IMG/VR virus record: IMGVR_UViG_3300025713_000004
Source: a virus
Taxonomy: Duplodnaviria > Heunggongvirae > Uroviricota > Caudoviricetes
DNA length: 64,000 bases
Strand: one strand, 5' to 3'
The translations under genes were made by a program, and so were the position numbers. Shown piece by piece: positions 37,707 through 48,190 of the stretch. How positions within the stretch are numbered: position 1 is the first letter of the stretch; each line of letters opens with the position of its first letter. A model generated the notes under the pieces. That model searched no databases and had not been told where the DNA came from. It saw only the letters and a program-made list of their open reading frames with translations.

Positions 37707-40700
37707 ATGGATATTAATTTACCTGAAAATAGTTCAAATTTAATAAGAAAAGATTATATTATTTATAATGATATAAATTATACTCTTGAAGAATTTCTTA
37801 ATGTAATTTTAAATTTAAATAATTTTGACAATAAAAATAATATCCATTATGGTGATGGTGTTTATACTTTTGATGAATTTATAAATTTTATATTATATAG
37901 AAATCTTAAAGAAAATAGATATAGTTTTGATTTAGATTATAAAGATTATGCTACATCAAGTGCTGGAAATTTATTTAGATTTAATAATGATACTAAATTA
38001 GGTAATTTTGGAAATGCACTTCTTGATGTTATACCTCAATATAATTCATTAAATTTATCAAATACTTTAATTGGTCGTGGAATTGATTTTGGATTATTTG
38101 GTAACATAACACCATTGGAAAGTATTGGTAGTGTTATGTTAGGTAAACAAATGACATTTAATGCTGTATCACAAGCAGCACGTACTACTGCCGATTATCT
38201 ACCAAGTATTAATATTCAAAATTTATTTACGAATGAACCAATTTTTAGTAAACCTGCTGATTATAGTATTACTAAATTAAATATTACTGGTTTTGATTTT
38301 GTTGATAATTTATTATCACCATCATTTTATAAATCACAACGTATTGATAGTAATTATGAACATATTATAAACGAAAATGAAATTGTTGATTATACAGGTA
38401 AAGGTCAATTAAATGAATTGTTTAGACAACTAAATTTTAATTTTTATAAATTTAATTCGTTATATGAATATCGTGTTAAATATAATATAAAAGGACAAAA
38501 AGATTTAATTGATGAATTGAAAGGAAAAAGATTTGATTTTTTTTATAATCCATATTCAATATTATATGGTTCTGATATGATTAAAACATATTCAGATAAA
38601 TTACCTGAAACATATGCTGGTGCAGAAGAATATGTTTCAGATATTCATGATATATCATTTTTTTATGGTAAAACAACTAATCAAGAGTTAACAGAAATTC
38701 CTAAAGATTTTATAACTAATTATGATTCTGAAGATGATATTCAAAATAACTTAATTTGGGGTAAGGATGGTGTTGGACAAATTGTACATTTTAATTTAGA
38801 TAATTCAAGGGATAAATATACAAAAGAATTAATTAATAATAATATTGAAAATTTCAAAATTAAAAGAGGTTTACTTGAATATACTAAAAATTTATTAAAC
38901 GTATCATCTGGTTTTTATGTTGATATGACCAAAAAAATATATAGAGATTTAAATAAAAGAATATATGGATTTAATGGTTCTCCTGTATGGGAAAAAGAAT
39001 TAACAAAATATTCATCAAAAAATTTTAAAGGTAGAAAAGAAGGTATTCGTCAGCATAATGCATTGGATAAATATGATAAATTTGTAAAGGCAATTAGGTT
39101 TGATGGTAATATAGCATATAATAAGAGTGGTAATAATAAAGATTCTGTAATATATAATTCAGTAATGCCAAAAATACATCCAATTAGAGATGATAAAGGA
39201 AATGTTGATAATAAAAACATGATGTTTAGCATTGAAAATCTTGCTGTTACTGCTGTTAAGGATGAATTAAATAATATTGGTTATATTGATGATGAAGATG
39301 GTTCTCAAATACCGATAAGTGAGGTAGGACCGTTCAACGGTCGTATTATGTGGTTTCCACCATACGGAATTGAACTTAATGAAACTTCAACAGCAAAATT
39401 TGACTCTACTGTTATGGTGGGTAGAAATGAACCAATATATACATATATGAATTCAGAAAGAAGTGCAACACTTTCTTTTGTTCTCCTTATTGACCATCCA
39501 CCTCATTTAATTAACTATATGGGTGAAGAAGAATATAAAAAGAAAATTGCTAATTTCTTTGCTTTTGGGGGTGATGATTATTATGAAGATAGTGTTAGTA
39601 TTAGTGATTTAACAAAAAGAATTGAAGATATAAAACAAGAAATAGATAATATAAAAAAAGATAATTTAATTAATTCTGGTGAAATAGTTGCTGATGGATT
39701 AAATTTAGAAAATTTACCTTCAATTTATTTTCCAAATGATTATCCAAAAGAAGGTGGGGTTTCAAATGTTATTGATTATATATATAATAATAAATATGAA
39801 ATAAGTAATAAAAATTCTACAATAGAGGGTGATGAAGGTAGTTCAGGATTAAATGACAATATATATGTTTTAAGTGCAGATACATCACAATATAATGCAA
39901 TTAATGAAAATTGTTTATTGAATAAGACATTAAAAGAAGTTTATGTTGATAATAATAATAAAAAGGTTATTGGTATTAAACTTGAAGGTTATGCATCAAG
40001 ACATGGTGATAATATAGATGGTTATAATACAATTTTGGTTGAAAGAAGACTTGAAGCAGCAAAAATTTTTATTTTAAAAAGATTAAATGCATTATTTCCT
40101 AATAATGATTTTGTTGATGAAGATATTTTTATTGAAATAGTAAATAAAGGTTCTAATTATAGTGATGATGTAGATGATAAAAATATTAATGAAGTAAAAG
40201 GTGATAGAAGGGTTGAATTAAGTTTTGTTCATAATGGAAAAACAATATCTGAAGATGGTACTGTTAGTGACAATCAATATGAATTAGAAATAAAAGAATT
40301 AGAAAAAGAATTAGAAAATTTATATACAACATTATATAGAGCAAGAAATAGAAAGGATAATATATTTACAGAAAGAACAAAAGAAGATAAAGCGATTTTT
40401 GATAATTTTGAATCAATAAAAACGAATCATTATAAACCCATGTATCATTCTCAAACACCAGAGGATTTTCATAAAAGATTAACGTTTTTACAGCAATGTA
40501 CTAGACAAGGTTCTTCAGTTAGAAATAGAAATATAAAAGATAAAGATAATTTAACATCAAAAAATTCAGTTTTTGGTAAGCAACCAATATGTATTTTAAG
40601 GGTTGGTGATTTCTTTTATACAAAGGTAATTATTAATAATGTTACTGTTGATTACAACGATACAACATGGGATATGAATCCTGAAGGATTTGGTATGCAA

Positions 40701-40955
40701 CCAATGATTGCAAAGGTTACATTACAAATGAATGTATTGGGTGGTCAATCACTGTCAGGACCTATCGATGCACTTCAAAATGCTGTATCGTATAACTATT
40801 ATGCCAATTCAACTTTTACTAATACAGGGATTTATAAAAAGGCAAGTAGAATTGCAAGGGAACAACAAGCATATTTTAAAGAAATAAAAAAGGATATTAT
40901 TGATAATATGAAAAGTAGATATAACGAATTAAAAACAAATAATAATTTATCATAA
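37707..40955 (+). CDS. large tail/baseplate-associated protein with an OmpA-like peptidoglycan-binding motif
   Basis: The 1082-aa protein sits between the tape-measure and gpX-like genes. The C-terminal third contains LEGYASRHGDNIDGYNTILVERRLEAAKIFILKRL, resembling the OmpA/MotB C-terminal signature (G.TD..G....N..LS..RA.AV...L). Confidence 0.45.
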   Translation: MDINLPENSSNLIRKDYIIYNDINYTLEEFLNVILNLNNFDNKNNIHYGDGVYTFDEFINFILYRNLKENRYSFDLDYKDYATSSAGNLFRFNNDTKLGNFGNALLDVIPQYNSLNLSNTLIGRGIDFGLFGNITPLESIGSVMLGKQMTFNAVSQAARTTADYLPSINIQNLFTNEPIFSKPADYSITKLNITGFDFVDNLLSPSFYKSQRIDSNYEHIINENEIVDYTGKGQLNELFRQLNFNFYKFNSLYEYRVKYNIKGQKDLIDELKGKRFDFFYNPYSILYGSDMIKTYSDKLPETYAGAEEYVSDIHDISFFYGKTTNQELTEIPKDFITNYDSEDDIQNNLIWGKDGVGQIVHFNLDNSRDKYTKELINNNIENFKIKRGLLEYTKNLLNVSSGFYVDMTKKIYRDLNKRIYGFNGSPVWEKELTKYSSKNFKGRKEGIRQHNALDKYDKFVKAIRFDGNIAYNKSGNNKDSVIYNSVMPKIHPIRDDKGNVDNKNMMFSIENLAVTAVKDELNNIGYIDDEDGSQIPISEVGPFNGRIMWFPPYGIELNETSTAKFDSTVMVGRNEPIYTYMNSERSATLSFVLLIDHPPHLINYMGEEEYKKKIANFFAFGGDDYYEDSVSISDLTKRIEDIKQEIDNIKKDNLINSGEIVADGLNLENLPSIYFPNDYPKEGGVSNVIDYIYNNKYEISNKNSTIEGDEGSSGLNDNIYVLSADTSQYNAINENCLLNKTLKEVYVDNNNKKVIGIKLEGYASRHGDNIDGYNTILVERRLEAAKIFILKRLNALFPNNDFVDEDIFIEIVNKGSNYSDDVDDKNINEVKGDRRVELSFVHNGKTISEDGTVSDNQYELEIKELEKELENLYTTLYRARNRKDNIFTERTKEDKAIFDNFESIKTNHYKPMYHSQTPEDFHKRLTFLQQCTRQGSSVRNRNIKDKDNLTSKNSVFGKQPICILRVGDFFYTKVIINNVTVDYNDTTWDMNPEGFGMQPMIAKVTLQMNVLGGQSLSGPIDALQNAVSYNYYANSTFTNTGIYKKASRIAREQQAYFKEIKKDIIDNMKSRYNELKTNNNLS

Positions 40956-40966
40956 ATTTTATTATT

Positions 40967-41287
40967 ATGCCAAAATTAGATTATAATAGATATGCCATAT
41001 TAAAAAAGCCTGATGGTTCAATTGAACCCATGCCTTTTGTTGATTTACCTGTTAATACTAGTGATAAGTATATTTTTTGGAGTAGTGGTAGTGATAGGTT
41101 AGATAAATTATCACAAAAATATTATAATAATCCTTTTTACGATTTTTTAATATTATATGCCAATAATGAATATACAAATGAATTTGATATTCCTGATAAT
41201 GCATTGATTAGAATACCATTCCCATTAGAGAGGGCAATTTATGATTATGAATTAATTTTAAAAAATCATATGCAACAATTTATTTGA
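40967..41287 (+). CDS. tail protein X-like (LysM-like fold)
   Basis: The 106-aa protein has KYIFWSSGSDRLDKLSQKYYNNPFYDFLILYANNEYTNEFDIPDNALIRIP, which follows the LysM / P2 gpX pattern (Y.V..GDTL..IA..YY......ILAAN.......LP.G..L.IP). Confidence 0.5.
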   Translation: MPKLDYNRYAILKKPDGSIEPMPFVDLPVNTSDKYIFWSSGSDRLDKLSQKYYNNPFYDFLILYANNEYTNEFDIPDNALIRIPFPLERAIYDYELILKNHMQQFI

Positions 41288-41336
41288 TAATTTAATTTAT
41301 TTATATTAATATTGCAAAATATTAAATTTTTTATAA

Positions 41337-43451
41337 ATGAAAAATAATATTGTTGTTGTTTTTTCATCCCATTTATCTGAAGAAGAAAATCAGAAATTTA
41401 TTAAACATATTAACAATACCATTGGTAAAGTTAAACATGATGTAATTTGCTATTCAAATTTTAATCAGTATAGTCTTACTGAAATTTATAATAAAGCGAT
41501 TAAAGAACATTATAAAAAGGATTCTATATTTGTTGTTTGTCATAATGATATTATTATAGGTACGAGAGATTGGGGTAAATTATTGCTTTTTAAATTTAAT
41601 CAAACAAATTTTGATATTATTGGTGTTGCAGGTAGTACCTATTTACCTGAATCCTGTGTATGGTGGGAAGATAGAACAAAAATGGTTGGTATTGTTGACC
41701 ATACGGATGGATATTCTATTTGGACAAGTGAATATTCTAAAGAAAAAAAGGGTGTGATTACACCAGTTGTTTTGGTTGATGGTCTTTTTATTTCTTTTAA
41801 TCCCGATACGATTGTACATAGATTTGATGAAGAATTTAAAGGGTTTCATCTTTATGATTTATCATTTTGTATTCCAAATTGGCTTGATGGTTGTGATATT
41901 GGTGTAACAACAGATATTAGAATATTACATAAATCAATTGGTGAAACAAATCAACAATGGGATGAAAATAGAAAACAATTAGCGGAAAAATATTATGATG
42001 AATTACCAATAACAATATTACCAGAATATAATGATTTAATTGTTAATTTATTAACAGAGCCAAAAGTAACAGTAATTATTCCAACAAAAAATAATTTAAA
42101 GTATATTAAAAATAATATTTATTCTTGGAATAATGTTGTTAATTATGATAATTATGAAATAATTATTGCTGATACGGGTAGTGATGAAAGTGTAATTAAG
42201 GAATATGATTCATTTCTTTCAAATAAAATTAAATTAATAAAATATAATTATTATAATTTTGCTAAAATAAATAATGATGTAGTAAAAAATCATACATCTA
42301 ATGATACAGAATTAATACTATTTTGTAATGATGATATAAAATTATTAAATGATAGTCTTAGTAGATGTATTGAAATTTATAATCAAAATAAAGATACTGT
42401 TGGTACTATTGGTATTAGATTACATTATGGGGATGGTAGTATTCAACATAATGGGATTTTAATGTATAAAGAAAATAATATTTTAAGACTTACACATAAA
42501 GATATTAGAAAAACTGAAAATTATTTTACTGGTATTAATTACGATTCATTGGGAAATACTGGTGGGTTTATGTTAATTAAAAAAGATTTATTTTTAAAAT
42601 ATGGTGGGTTTAATGAAAACTATATTGAATGTTTGGAAGATGTTGAATTAAATATTAAATGTAAATACGATGGATTAAAAAATATTACAGTTAGTGATGC
42701 TGTTGCAATTCATTATGAATCTATAAGTAGAAATAAAATTTTGGGTGGTAATGAAAGATTTATGGTTGATTATAATAGATTGATGAATTTTGTAAACGAT
42801 TTTGAAAATAAAGAAAGAGAAATTAAAAGAAATAAAGAAAATAAAAATCCAATTATTAATATTATAACAAGAACACACGATAGACCTAAACATTTTAAAA
42901 TATGTAGAGATTCAATTTTAAATCAAACAAATAAAAATATTAATCATATTGTTGGTAGTGATATTGATTGTGATTATTGTGATGATTATATTAAATTAGA
43001 ATTACAAGAAGTTCAACCAAAACCAGATAATTTGGCATCATATCCTGCACCTTGGAATTTACACATAAATGTTTTACATAACTATGTAAAAGAAGGTTGG
43101 ATTATGTATTTAGATGATGATGATATGTTTATTAATGAAAATTCTTTAAGTATAATAGTGAATCATATTGAAAATGAAGATGAATTATTGCTTTGGAGAG
43201 TAAACATTAATGGAAGAATAGTTCCAGATGATAATGGTTTTGGAAAAATTATTGCAGGGAATATATCTGGTATTGGTTTTATGTTTCATTCGAAATATTT
43301 ACCAATTGATTGGGTGTCTTGGAATTTTGGTGATTATAGGGCTATTAAACAATTAGAAAATAAAAAATTAAAACAGAAATGGATTAACCAAGTGTTAACA
43401 AAAACACAAGGTGTTCCAAATTTAGGAAAAAAACCAAATGATTATGAATAG
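41337..43451 (+). CDS. multidomain glycosyltransferase (two or three GT2-like modules)
   Basis: The 704-aa protein has repeated GT2 N-terminal signatures (VVVFSSHLSEEEN...; VTVIIPTKNNLKYIKNNIYSW...IIIADTGSDES; IINIITRTHDRPKHFKICRDSILNQT) and DxD-like segments (CNDDI, LDDDDMFI). Confidence 0.6.
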   Translation: MKNNIVVVFSSHLSEEENQKFIKHINNTIGKVKHDVICYSNFNQYSLTEIYNKAIKEHYKKDSIFVVCHNDIIIGTRDWGKLLLFKFNQTNFDIIGVAGSTYLPESCVWWEDRTKMVGIVDHTDGYSIWTSEYSKEKKGVITPVVLVDGLFISFNPDTIVHRFDEEFKGFHLYDLSFCIPNWLDGCDIGVTTDIRILHKSIGETNQQWDENRKQLAEKYYDELPITILPEYNDLIVNLLTEPKVTVIIPTKNNLKYIKNNIYSWNNVVNYDNYEIIIADTGSDESVIKEYDSFLSNKIKLIKYNYYNFAKINNDVVKNHTSNDTELILFCNDDIKLLNDSLSRCIEIYNQNKDTVGTIGIRLHYGDGSIQHNGILMYKENNILRLTHKDIRKTENYFTGINYDSLGNTGGFMLIKKDLFLKYGGFNENYIECLEDVELNIKCKYDGLKNITVSDAVAIHYESISRNKILGGNERFMVDYNRLMNFVNDFENKEREIKRNKENKNPIINIITRTHDRPKHFKICRDSILNQTNKNINHIVGSDIDCDYCDDYIKLELQEVQPKPDNLASYPAPWNLHINVLHNYVKEGWIMYLDDDDMFINENSLSIIVNHIENEDELLLWRVNINGRIVPDDNGFGKIIAGNISGIGFMFHSKYLPIDWVSWNFGDYRAIKQLENKKLKQKWINQVLTKTQGVPNLGKKPNDYE

Positions 43452-44145
43452 TAAAGTAGATATTTACATTGCATCTTTATGGCGACAAGGACATGTTGTA
43501 AATACAGTAAATTCAATATTGCTTAATCCAGAAGCGGAAAAAATTACTATATCATGTAATTTGTATACTGATGAACAATGGGGATATGTTAATAATGAGT
43601 TGAGAAATTCAAAAATTAAATTACATAGAACAAACAATGAAAAATGTAGTAATGAAAAATTAAAATATATAAATAACGGTAATAGCCCATATATTGCGTT
43701 AATTGATGATGATTTAATTTATCCTTCGGATTATTTAAAAAAATTAATTGATGGTTGTGAAAAATATCAAGGACACGTATCATTACATGGGGTAATATTA
43801 AATCCAAGACCAATTAGGTCATATTATCATAATAGAATAGTATATAGAGGTTTAGGAAATGTGAATGAAGATGTTAAAGTAGATATTATTGGTAGTGGAA
43901 CATTATTATTTAAACGTGAATGGTATGATGATTTGGATGAATGGTATGATAGGTGTAGTAATGTATCAATGGATGATATTTATGTTAGTTTTTTTGCAAG
44001 AAGTAAAAACATTCCAAGATATGTTTTAGCACATAAAGAAGGATATTTAAAACATAAAGAAATAAAAAAAGAAGATTATTATGTTTTTGATAAATATGTA
44101 AATAATGATAAGGTACAAACAGATTTTATAAATATTTATTTTTAA
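43438..44145 (+). CDS. hypothetical protein (possible glycosyltransferase-like)
   Basis: The 235-aa protein has IALIDDDLIYP, resembling a DxD sugar-transferase motif. The call is weak. Confidence 0.35.
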   Translation: MIMNSKVDIYIASLWRQGHVVNTVNSILLNPEAEKITISCNLYTDEQWGYVNNELRNSKIKLHRTNNEKCSNEKLKYINNGNSPYIALIDDDLIYPSDYLKKLIDGCEKYQGHVSLHGVILNPRPIRSYYHNRIVYRGLGNVNEDVKVDIIGSGTLLFKREWYDDLDEWYDRCSNVSMDDIYVSFFARSKNIPRYVLAHKEGYLKHKEIKKEDYYVFDKYVNNDKVQTDFINIYF

Positions 44146-44155
44146 TATAATTAAC

Positions 44156-44740
44156 ATGCCTTTTGAAAGTAAAAAATATTGGATTGATAGGTATGCAACA
44201 CATGGTGGTATTTCTGGTGTTGGTTCTTATGGAATATATGCCGAATATAAAGCAAATATTATAAATAAATTTTTTATTGATTATAATATTGAAACTGTTT
44301 TGGAATTGGGATGTGGTGATGGTAATCAATTATCTTATTTAAAACCAAAAAAATACTATGGTTATGATATTAGTGATTTTGTAATTAGTAAAAATAAAAA
44401 AAGATTTAATGGCTCTAATTATTTTTTTACTACAAATTTAGATGAATTGAAATCAAAAAAATTTGATGTGGTTTTATCTTTGGATGTTATTTACCATTTA
44501 ATAGAAGATAATAATTATTATGAATATATGAAAAATTTATTTTTCTTTTCTAAAAAATATGTAATTATATATTCAACAAATAATAATAATAATTGGTTGT
44601 CTGAACATTGTAAAAATAGAATTTTTATGAATGATATTTCAAATAATTTTAAATTAATTAATAAAATTGATAATCCATTAAAAGGAGAAAATACACAATC
44701 TGATTTTTATTTTTTTAAAAATGAAAAGAACGAGATATAA
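44156..44740 (+). CDS. class I SAM-dependent methyltransferase
   Basis: Motif I VLELGCGDGNQLSYL and the acidic post-I residue (YGYDISD) fit the Rossmann methyltransferase fold. Confidence 0.6.
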   Translation: MPFESKKYWIDRYATHGGISGVGSYGIYAEYKANIINKFFIDYNIETVLELGCGDGNQLSYLKPKKYYGYDISDFVISKNKKRFNGSNYFFTTNLDELKSKKFDVVLSLDVIYHLIEDNNYYEYMKNLFFFSKKYVIIYSTNNNNNWLSEHCKNRIFMNDISNNFKLINKIDNPLKGENTQSDFYFFKNEKNEI

Positions 44741-45626
44741 CATAAAAAAACAAATAAAGAAAAAGATTAATAATACTATAACTAAGAAAAATATAGTAAT
44801 AAATAATCTAAATAAAAAAAATAACATTAATTTAAATTCTGATAAAATATATGAAAATAAAAAATCAGAATCAAAAAATAATTTTCCTAATATTGTTGAA
44901 AATAAAAAAATAGAATCGAAAAACGATATTATTAACATAATTGAAAATAAAATAAAAAACTATGATTTGATTGATAATTTAAATCCAAAAATATTATTTT
45001 TAATTTCAAATTATGAAAGAGAAGAAATGTTAAAACAATTAATTTCAGAAATTAAAACAATAAATGCGGATTATATTATATTTGATGATGTATCATCATA
45101 TAAAATTGATGACCCGAATGTGATTATTAATGATTATCATAGAGGAAAGGGTGATTATTGGAAAACTTTTGATGATATGTTTAAATATTGCAAGGAAAAT
45201 TATTATGATATATATGTTTTTACACCTAATGATTTTTTAAATTATAAATTTGATAAAATTATAACATATGGTGTTAATTTAAGAAATTATGAATATATAT
45301 TTAATATTATAAATGATGGTAGAAAATCTTGTTGGGTTGGTATTGAAGAAAAAATTTTAAATAATAAAATAAAATTATCGTTTTTTACTGATTGTGCATT
45401 TTTTACTAATTATAAAACACTTAGTTTATTAGAATTTAAAATGAATAAAATTAATTTAAAACCCATTCCAAATCGAGGGTCTTTTGTTGGAGAACAACTT
45501 ACAAGAAGATTGGTAAACCTAAAAGTGCCAATATTTACACCTATTAAAAGTTTTGCATATCATGGTGACCATGAATCATTAATGAATCCTGAAGTTAGAA
45601 AAATTCATAAAATAATTTCATTATAA
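44721..45626 (+). CDS. hypothetical protein
   Basis: A 301-aa ORF with an Asn/Lys-rich N-terminus and a structured C-terminal half. Confidence 0.4.
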   Translation: MKRTRYNIKKQIKKKINNTITKKNIVINNLNKKNNINLNSDKIYENKKSESKNNFPNIVENKKIESKNDIINIIENKIKNYDLIDNLNPKILFLISNYEREEMLKQLISEIKTINADYIIFDDVSSYKIDDPNVIINDYHRGKGDYWKTFDDMFKYCKENYYDIYVFTPNDFLNYKFDKIITYGVNLRNYEYIFNIINDGRKSCWVGIEEKILNNKIKLSFFTDCAFFTNYKTLSLLEFKMNKINLKPIPNRGSFVGEQLTRRLVNLKVPIFTPIKSFAYHGDHESLMNPEVRKIHKIISL

Positions 45627-45631
45627 AAAGA

Positions 45632-46315
45632 ATGAATATGAAAAATAATGTTGTTATAAAAAATTTTAAATATGATAATTTTCAATATTCATTTAAAGGA
45701 GTTGAAAATGAACATTTTTTTAAACAAATACCTTGGTATGAACAAGAATTATTAGAAAATATTAGTAATTTAAATTTAAATGGTGTTTATGTTGATGTTG
45801 GTGGTAATATAGGAAATCATTCATTATTTTTTGCCAATCATTGTAATTCAACAAAATTATATATATTTGAACCAGAAAATTTTTGTTTTAACATTTTAAA
45901 TGAGAATTTATCAAAAAATTCAAAAAAACAATATGTTTTAAGAAATATTGCTTTATGGAACAAAAAAGATGAATTAAATTTAATTAAATATGAAACATAT
46001 CAAAATACTGGAATATCGAAAGTAATTGAAAAAAATAAAAACAATGACAATTTATTATTTATAATTTCAAATACATTGGATGATGAAATTTCATTAAATG
46101 AAAATGTTGTGTTGATTAAAATAGATACTGAAGGTGCTGAAAGAAAAATACTTGATGGTGGTATAAATTTAATAAAAAACAAATTACCTGTTATTATTTG
46201 TGAAGCAGCAACAAGTGAAGAATTTAAAGAAATTGATGATTTTTTAAAACCTTTGGGATATAAAACACCCACAAGAAGATTTAATGCAACACCAACATAT
46301 ATTTGGGTTTGTTAA
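45632..46315 (+). CDS. FkbM-family methyltransferase
   Basis: GVYVDVGGNIGNHSLFFANH is the FkbM-domain signature (hhDhGAN.G..S..F). Confidence 0.6.
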   Translation: MNMKNNVVIKNFKYDNFQYSFKGVENEHFFKQIPWYEQELLENISNLNLNGVYVDVGGNIGNHSLFFANHCNSTKLYIFEPENFCFNILNENLSKNSKKQYVLRNIALWNKKDELNLIKYETYQNTGISKVIEKNKNNDNLLFIISNTLDDEISLNENVVLIKIDTEGAERKILDGGINLIKNKLPVIICEAATSEEFKEIDDFLKPLGYKTPTRRFNATPTYIWVC

Positions 46316-46345
46316 ACTATATTTATTATGTAAAAAAATAATATT

Positions 46346-47101
46346 ATGGATAAAGTATTAGTTATTGGTGATAGTTGTATTGATGAATTTCAATATGGTG
46401 TTTGTGAAAGAATTAGTCCTGAAGCACCAGTGCCTATTTTTAAGAGTTTGTATGGTGTTCAATCTAGTGGTATGGCAAGTAATGTTAAAAATAATTTAGA
46501 AGGTTTAGGTATTTCGTGTGATATAATTACAAATACTATGGTAAAACCACATAAATTAAGATTTGTTGATAAAAAAACAAATCAAATGTTACTTAGGGTT
46601 GATGGTTATGATAGGATTGTTGAAAAAGCAGAAGAATATTTAGTTAATATTAATTTTAATGATTATGATGCTATTGTAATTTCAGATTATGATAAAGGTT
46701 TTCTTACTGAAAATACTATAACAAATATAACAAATAAACACAAATTAGTTTTTTTAGATAGCAAAAAAAAGTTTGGAAAATGGGCAGATGGTATAGAATT
46801 CATAAAAGTTAATGAAAATGAGTTTAATAATAATTCAAAGTATTTAATTGATGATTTTAAGGGTGAATTAATTATTACCTTGGGGGATGAAGGTGCTAGA
46901 CATAATGATGTTTTATATCATGTTGAACAACAATATGCTATTATTAATTTAGCGGGTGCTGGTGATACTTTTTTTGCAGGTTTTGTGGCAAATTATTTAG
47001 AATTTGGAAATATTCCAAAAGCAATTAATTTTGCAAATAAATGTGCTTCTTGGGTTGTTTCCCAAAAAGGTGTTGGTGTTATAAATAAAAGTAATATATG
47101 A
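46346..47101 (+). CDS. sugar kinase, D-glycero-beta-D-manno-heptose-7-phosphate kinase-like (HldE/RfaE domain I homologue)
   Basis: The N-terminus VLVIGDSCIDEFQYGVCERISPEAPVPIF matches the HldE kinase start (ILVVGDVMLDRYWYG...RISPEAPVPVV). NLAGAGDTFFAGFV is the ribokinase/pfkB anion-hole motif. Confidence 0.65.
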   Translation: MDKVLVIGDSCIDEFQYGVCERISPEAPVPIFKSLYGVQSSGMASNVKNNLEGLGISCDIITNTMVKPHKLRFVDKKTNQMLLRVDGYDRIVEKAEEYLVNINFNDYDAIVISDYDKGFLTENTITNITNKHKLVFLDSKKKFGKWADGIEFIKVNENEFNNNSKYLIDDFKGELIITLGDEGARHNDVLYHVEQQYAIINLAGAGDTFFAGFVANYLEFGNIPKAINFANKCASWVVSQKGVGVINKSNI

Positions 47102-47481
47102 TAAAAATTTTAAACATAAATGATTTGGATTTTGAATCTATTGTTGAGAAAAAATGGGGTCGTGAAATAATACTACATAATGATGAAAATTATTGTGGTA
47201 AAATACTTCAATTTAAATCTGGTTCTAAATTTAGTATGCATTACCATTTAAAAAAAGAAGAAACCTTTTATGTAAATAAAGGAAAATTAATATTAAATTA
47301 TATTGATACTAATGATGCTACTGAATATTCAAGAGAACTTAATATTGGTGATGTTATTCATATTGAACAGGGTGACCCACATCAAATAATAGCATTGGAA
47401 GATAGTGAAATTATTGAAATATCAACACAACATTTTGATTTTGATAGTTATAGAATAAGAAAGGGTGATAGTCAATCATGA
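47098..47481 (+). CDS. cupin-domain protein (mannose-6-phosphate-isomerase-like small barrel)
   Basis: KWGREIILHNDENYCGKILQFKSGSKFSMHYHLKKEETFYVNKGKL is the cupin_2 pattern (W G.E...... KhL.h.PG..hS.Q.H..R.E.WhVh.G). It may supply the isomerase step of the heptose pathway. The call is uncertain. Confidence 0.45.
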   Translation: MIKILNINDLDFESIVEKKWGREIILHNDENYCGKILQFKSGSKFSMHYHLKKEETFYVNKGKLILNYIDTNDATEYSRELNIGDVIHIEQGDPHQIIALEDSEIIEISTQHFDFDSYRIRKGDSQS

Positions 47482-47768
47482 TAATTTATGTAGATATTGA
47501 TAATACAATATGTTATACGAATGGAAATGATTATGTTAATTCAATACCAAATTTTGAAAACATCAAAAAGGTAAATAAACTATATGATGATGGTAATATA
47601 ATAATATATTGGACAGGAAGGGGTATGAAAAGTGGTTTAGATTGGACTAATTTAACAAAAAAACAACTATCTGATTGGGGTTGTAAATATAATGAATTAA
47701 TAATGAATAATAAACCAGCCTTTGATTTATTAATAGATGATAAGGCAATAAAAATTGATGAATTATGA
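47478..47768 (+). CDS. compact HAD-family phosphatase (GmhB-like candidate)
   Basis: HAD motif I is IYVDIDNT, motif II WTGR, motif III K(PAFD) and motif IV LLIDD. It sits between the kinase and adenylyltransferase genes, as the D,D-heptose-1,7-bisphosphate phosphatase does in the pathway. Confidence 0.45.
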   Translation: MIIYVDIDNTICYTNGNDYVNSIPNFENIKKVNKLYDDGNIIIYWTGRGMKSGLDWTNLTKKQLSDWGCKYNELIMNNKPAFDLLIDDKAIKIDEL

Positions 47769-48190
47769 GAGTTTGGGTAAATGGTTGTTTTGATATTCTT
47801 CATAGTGGTCATATTGATTTATTGTGGTTTGCAAAAAGATATGGTGTTACTAAAAAGAAACAAAATAAATTAAATAAACTATTTGTTGGTTTAGATAGTG
47901 ATGAACGTATAAAAGAATTAAAAGGGGATAATCGTCCAATAAATGATTTAGAAACAAGAGTTAAAATAATGTCAAGTTTAAATATGGTTGATGTTGTTGC
48001 TATATTTAATACGGATGATGAATTAAAAAATTATATAAAGAACTTAAAAATTGATTGTATGGTTGTTGGTGATGAATATAAAAATAAAACAGTTATTGGT
48101 TCTGAGTATTCAAAATATGGTGTTGTTTATTATCCAAAAACAAACGGAAAATCAACAACCGATATTATTAATAAAATAAAGAAATTATGA
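47765..48190 (+). CDS. D-beta-D-heptose-1-phosphate adenylyltransferase-like cytidylyltransferase-fold protein (HldE/RfaE domain II homologue)
   Basis: VWVNGCFDILHSGHIDLLWFAKRYG...LFVGLDSDERIKELKGDNRPINDLETRVKIMSSLNMVDVV matches RfaE domain II (VFTNGCFDILHAGHVSYL...[41 protein letters not shown]). Confidence 0.7.
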   Translation: MRVWVNGCFDILHSGHIDLLWFAKRYGVTKKKQNKLNKLFVGLDSDERIKELKGDNRPINDLETRVKIMSSLNMVDVVAIFNTDDELKNYIKNLKIDCMVVGDEYKNKTVIGSEYSKYGVVYYPKTNGKSTTDIINKIKKL

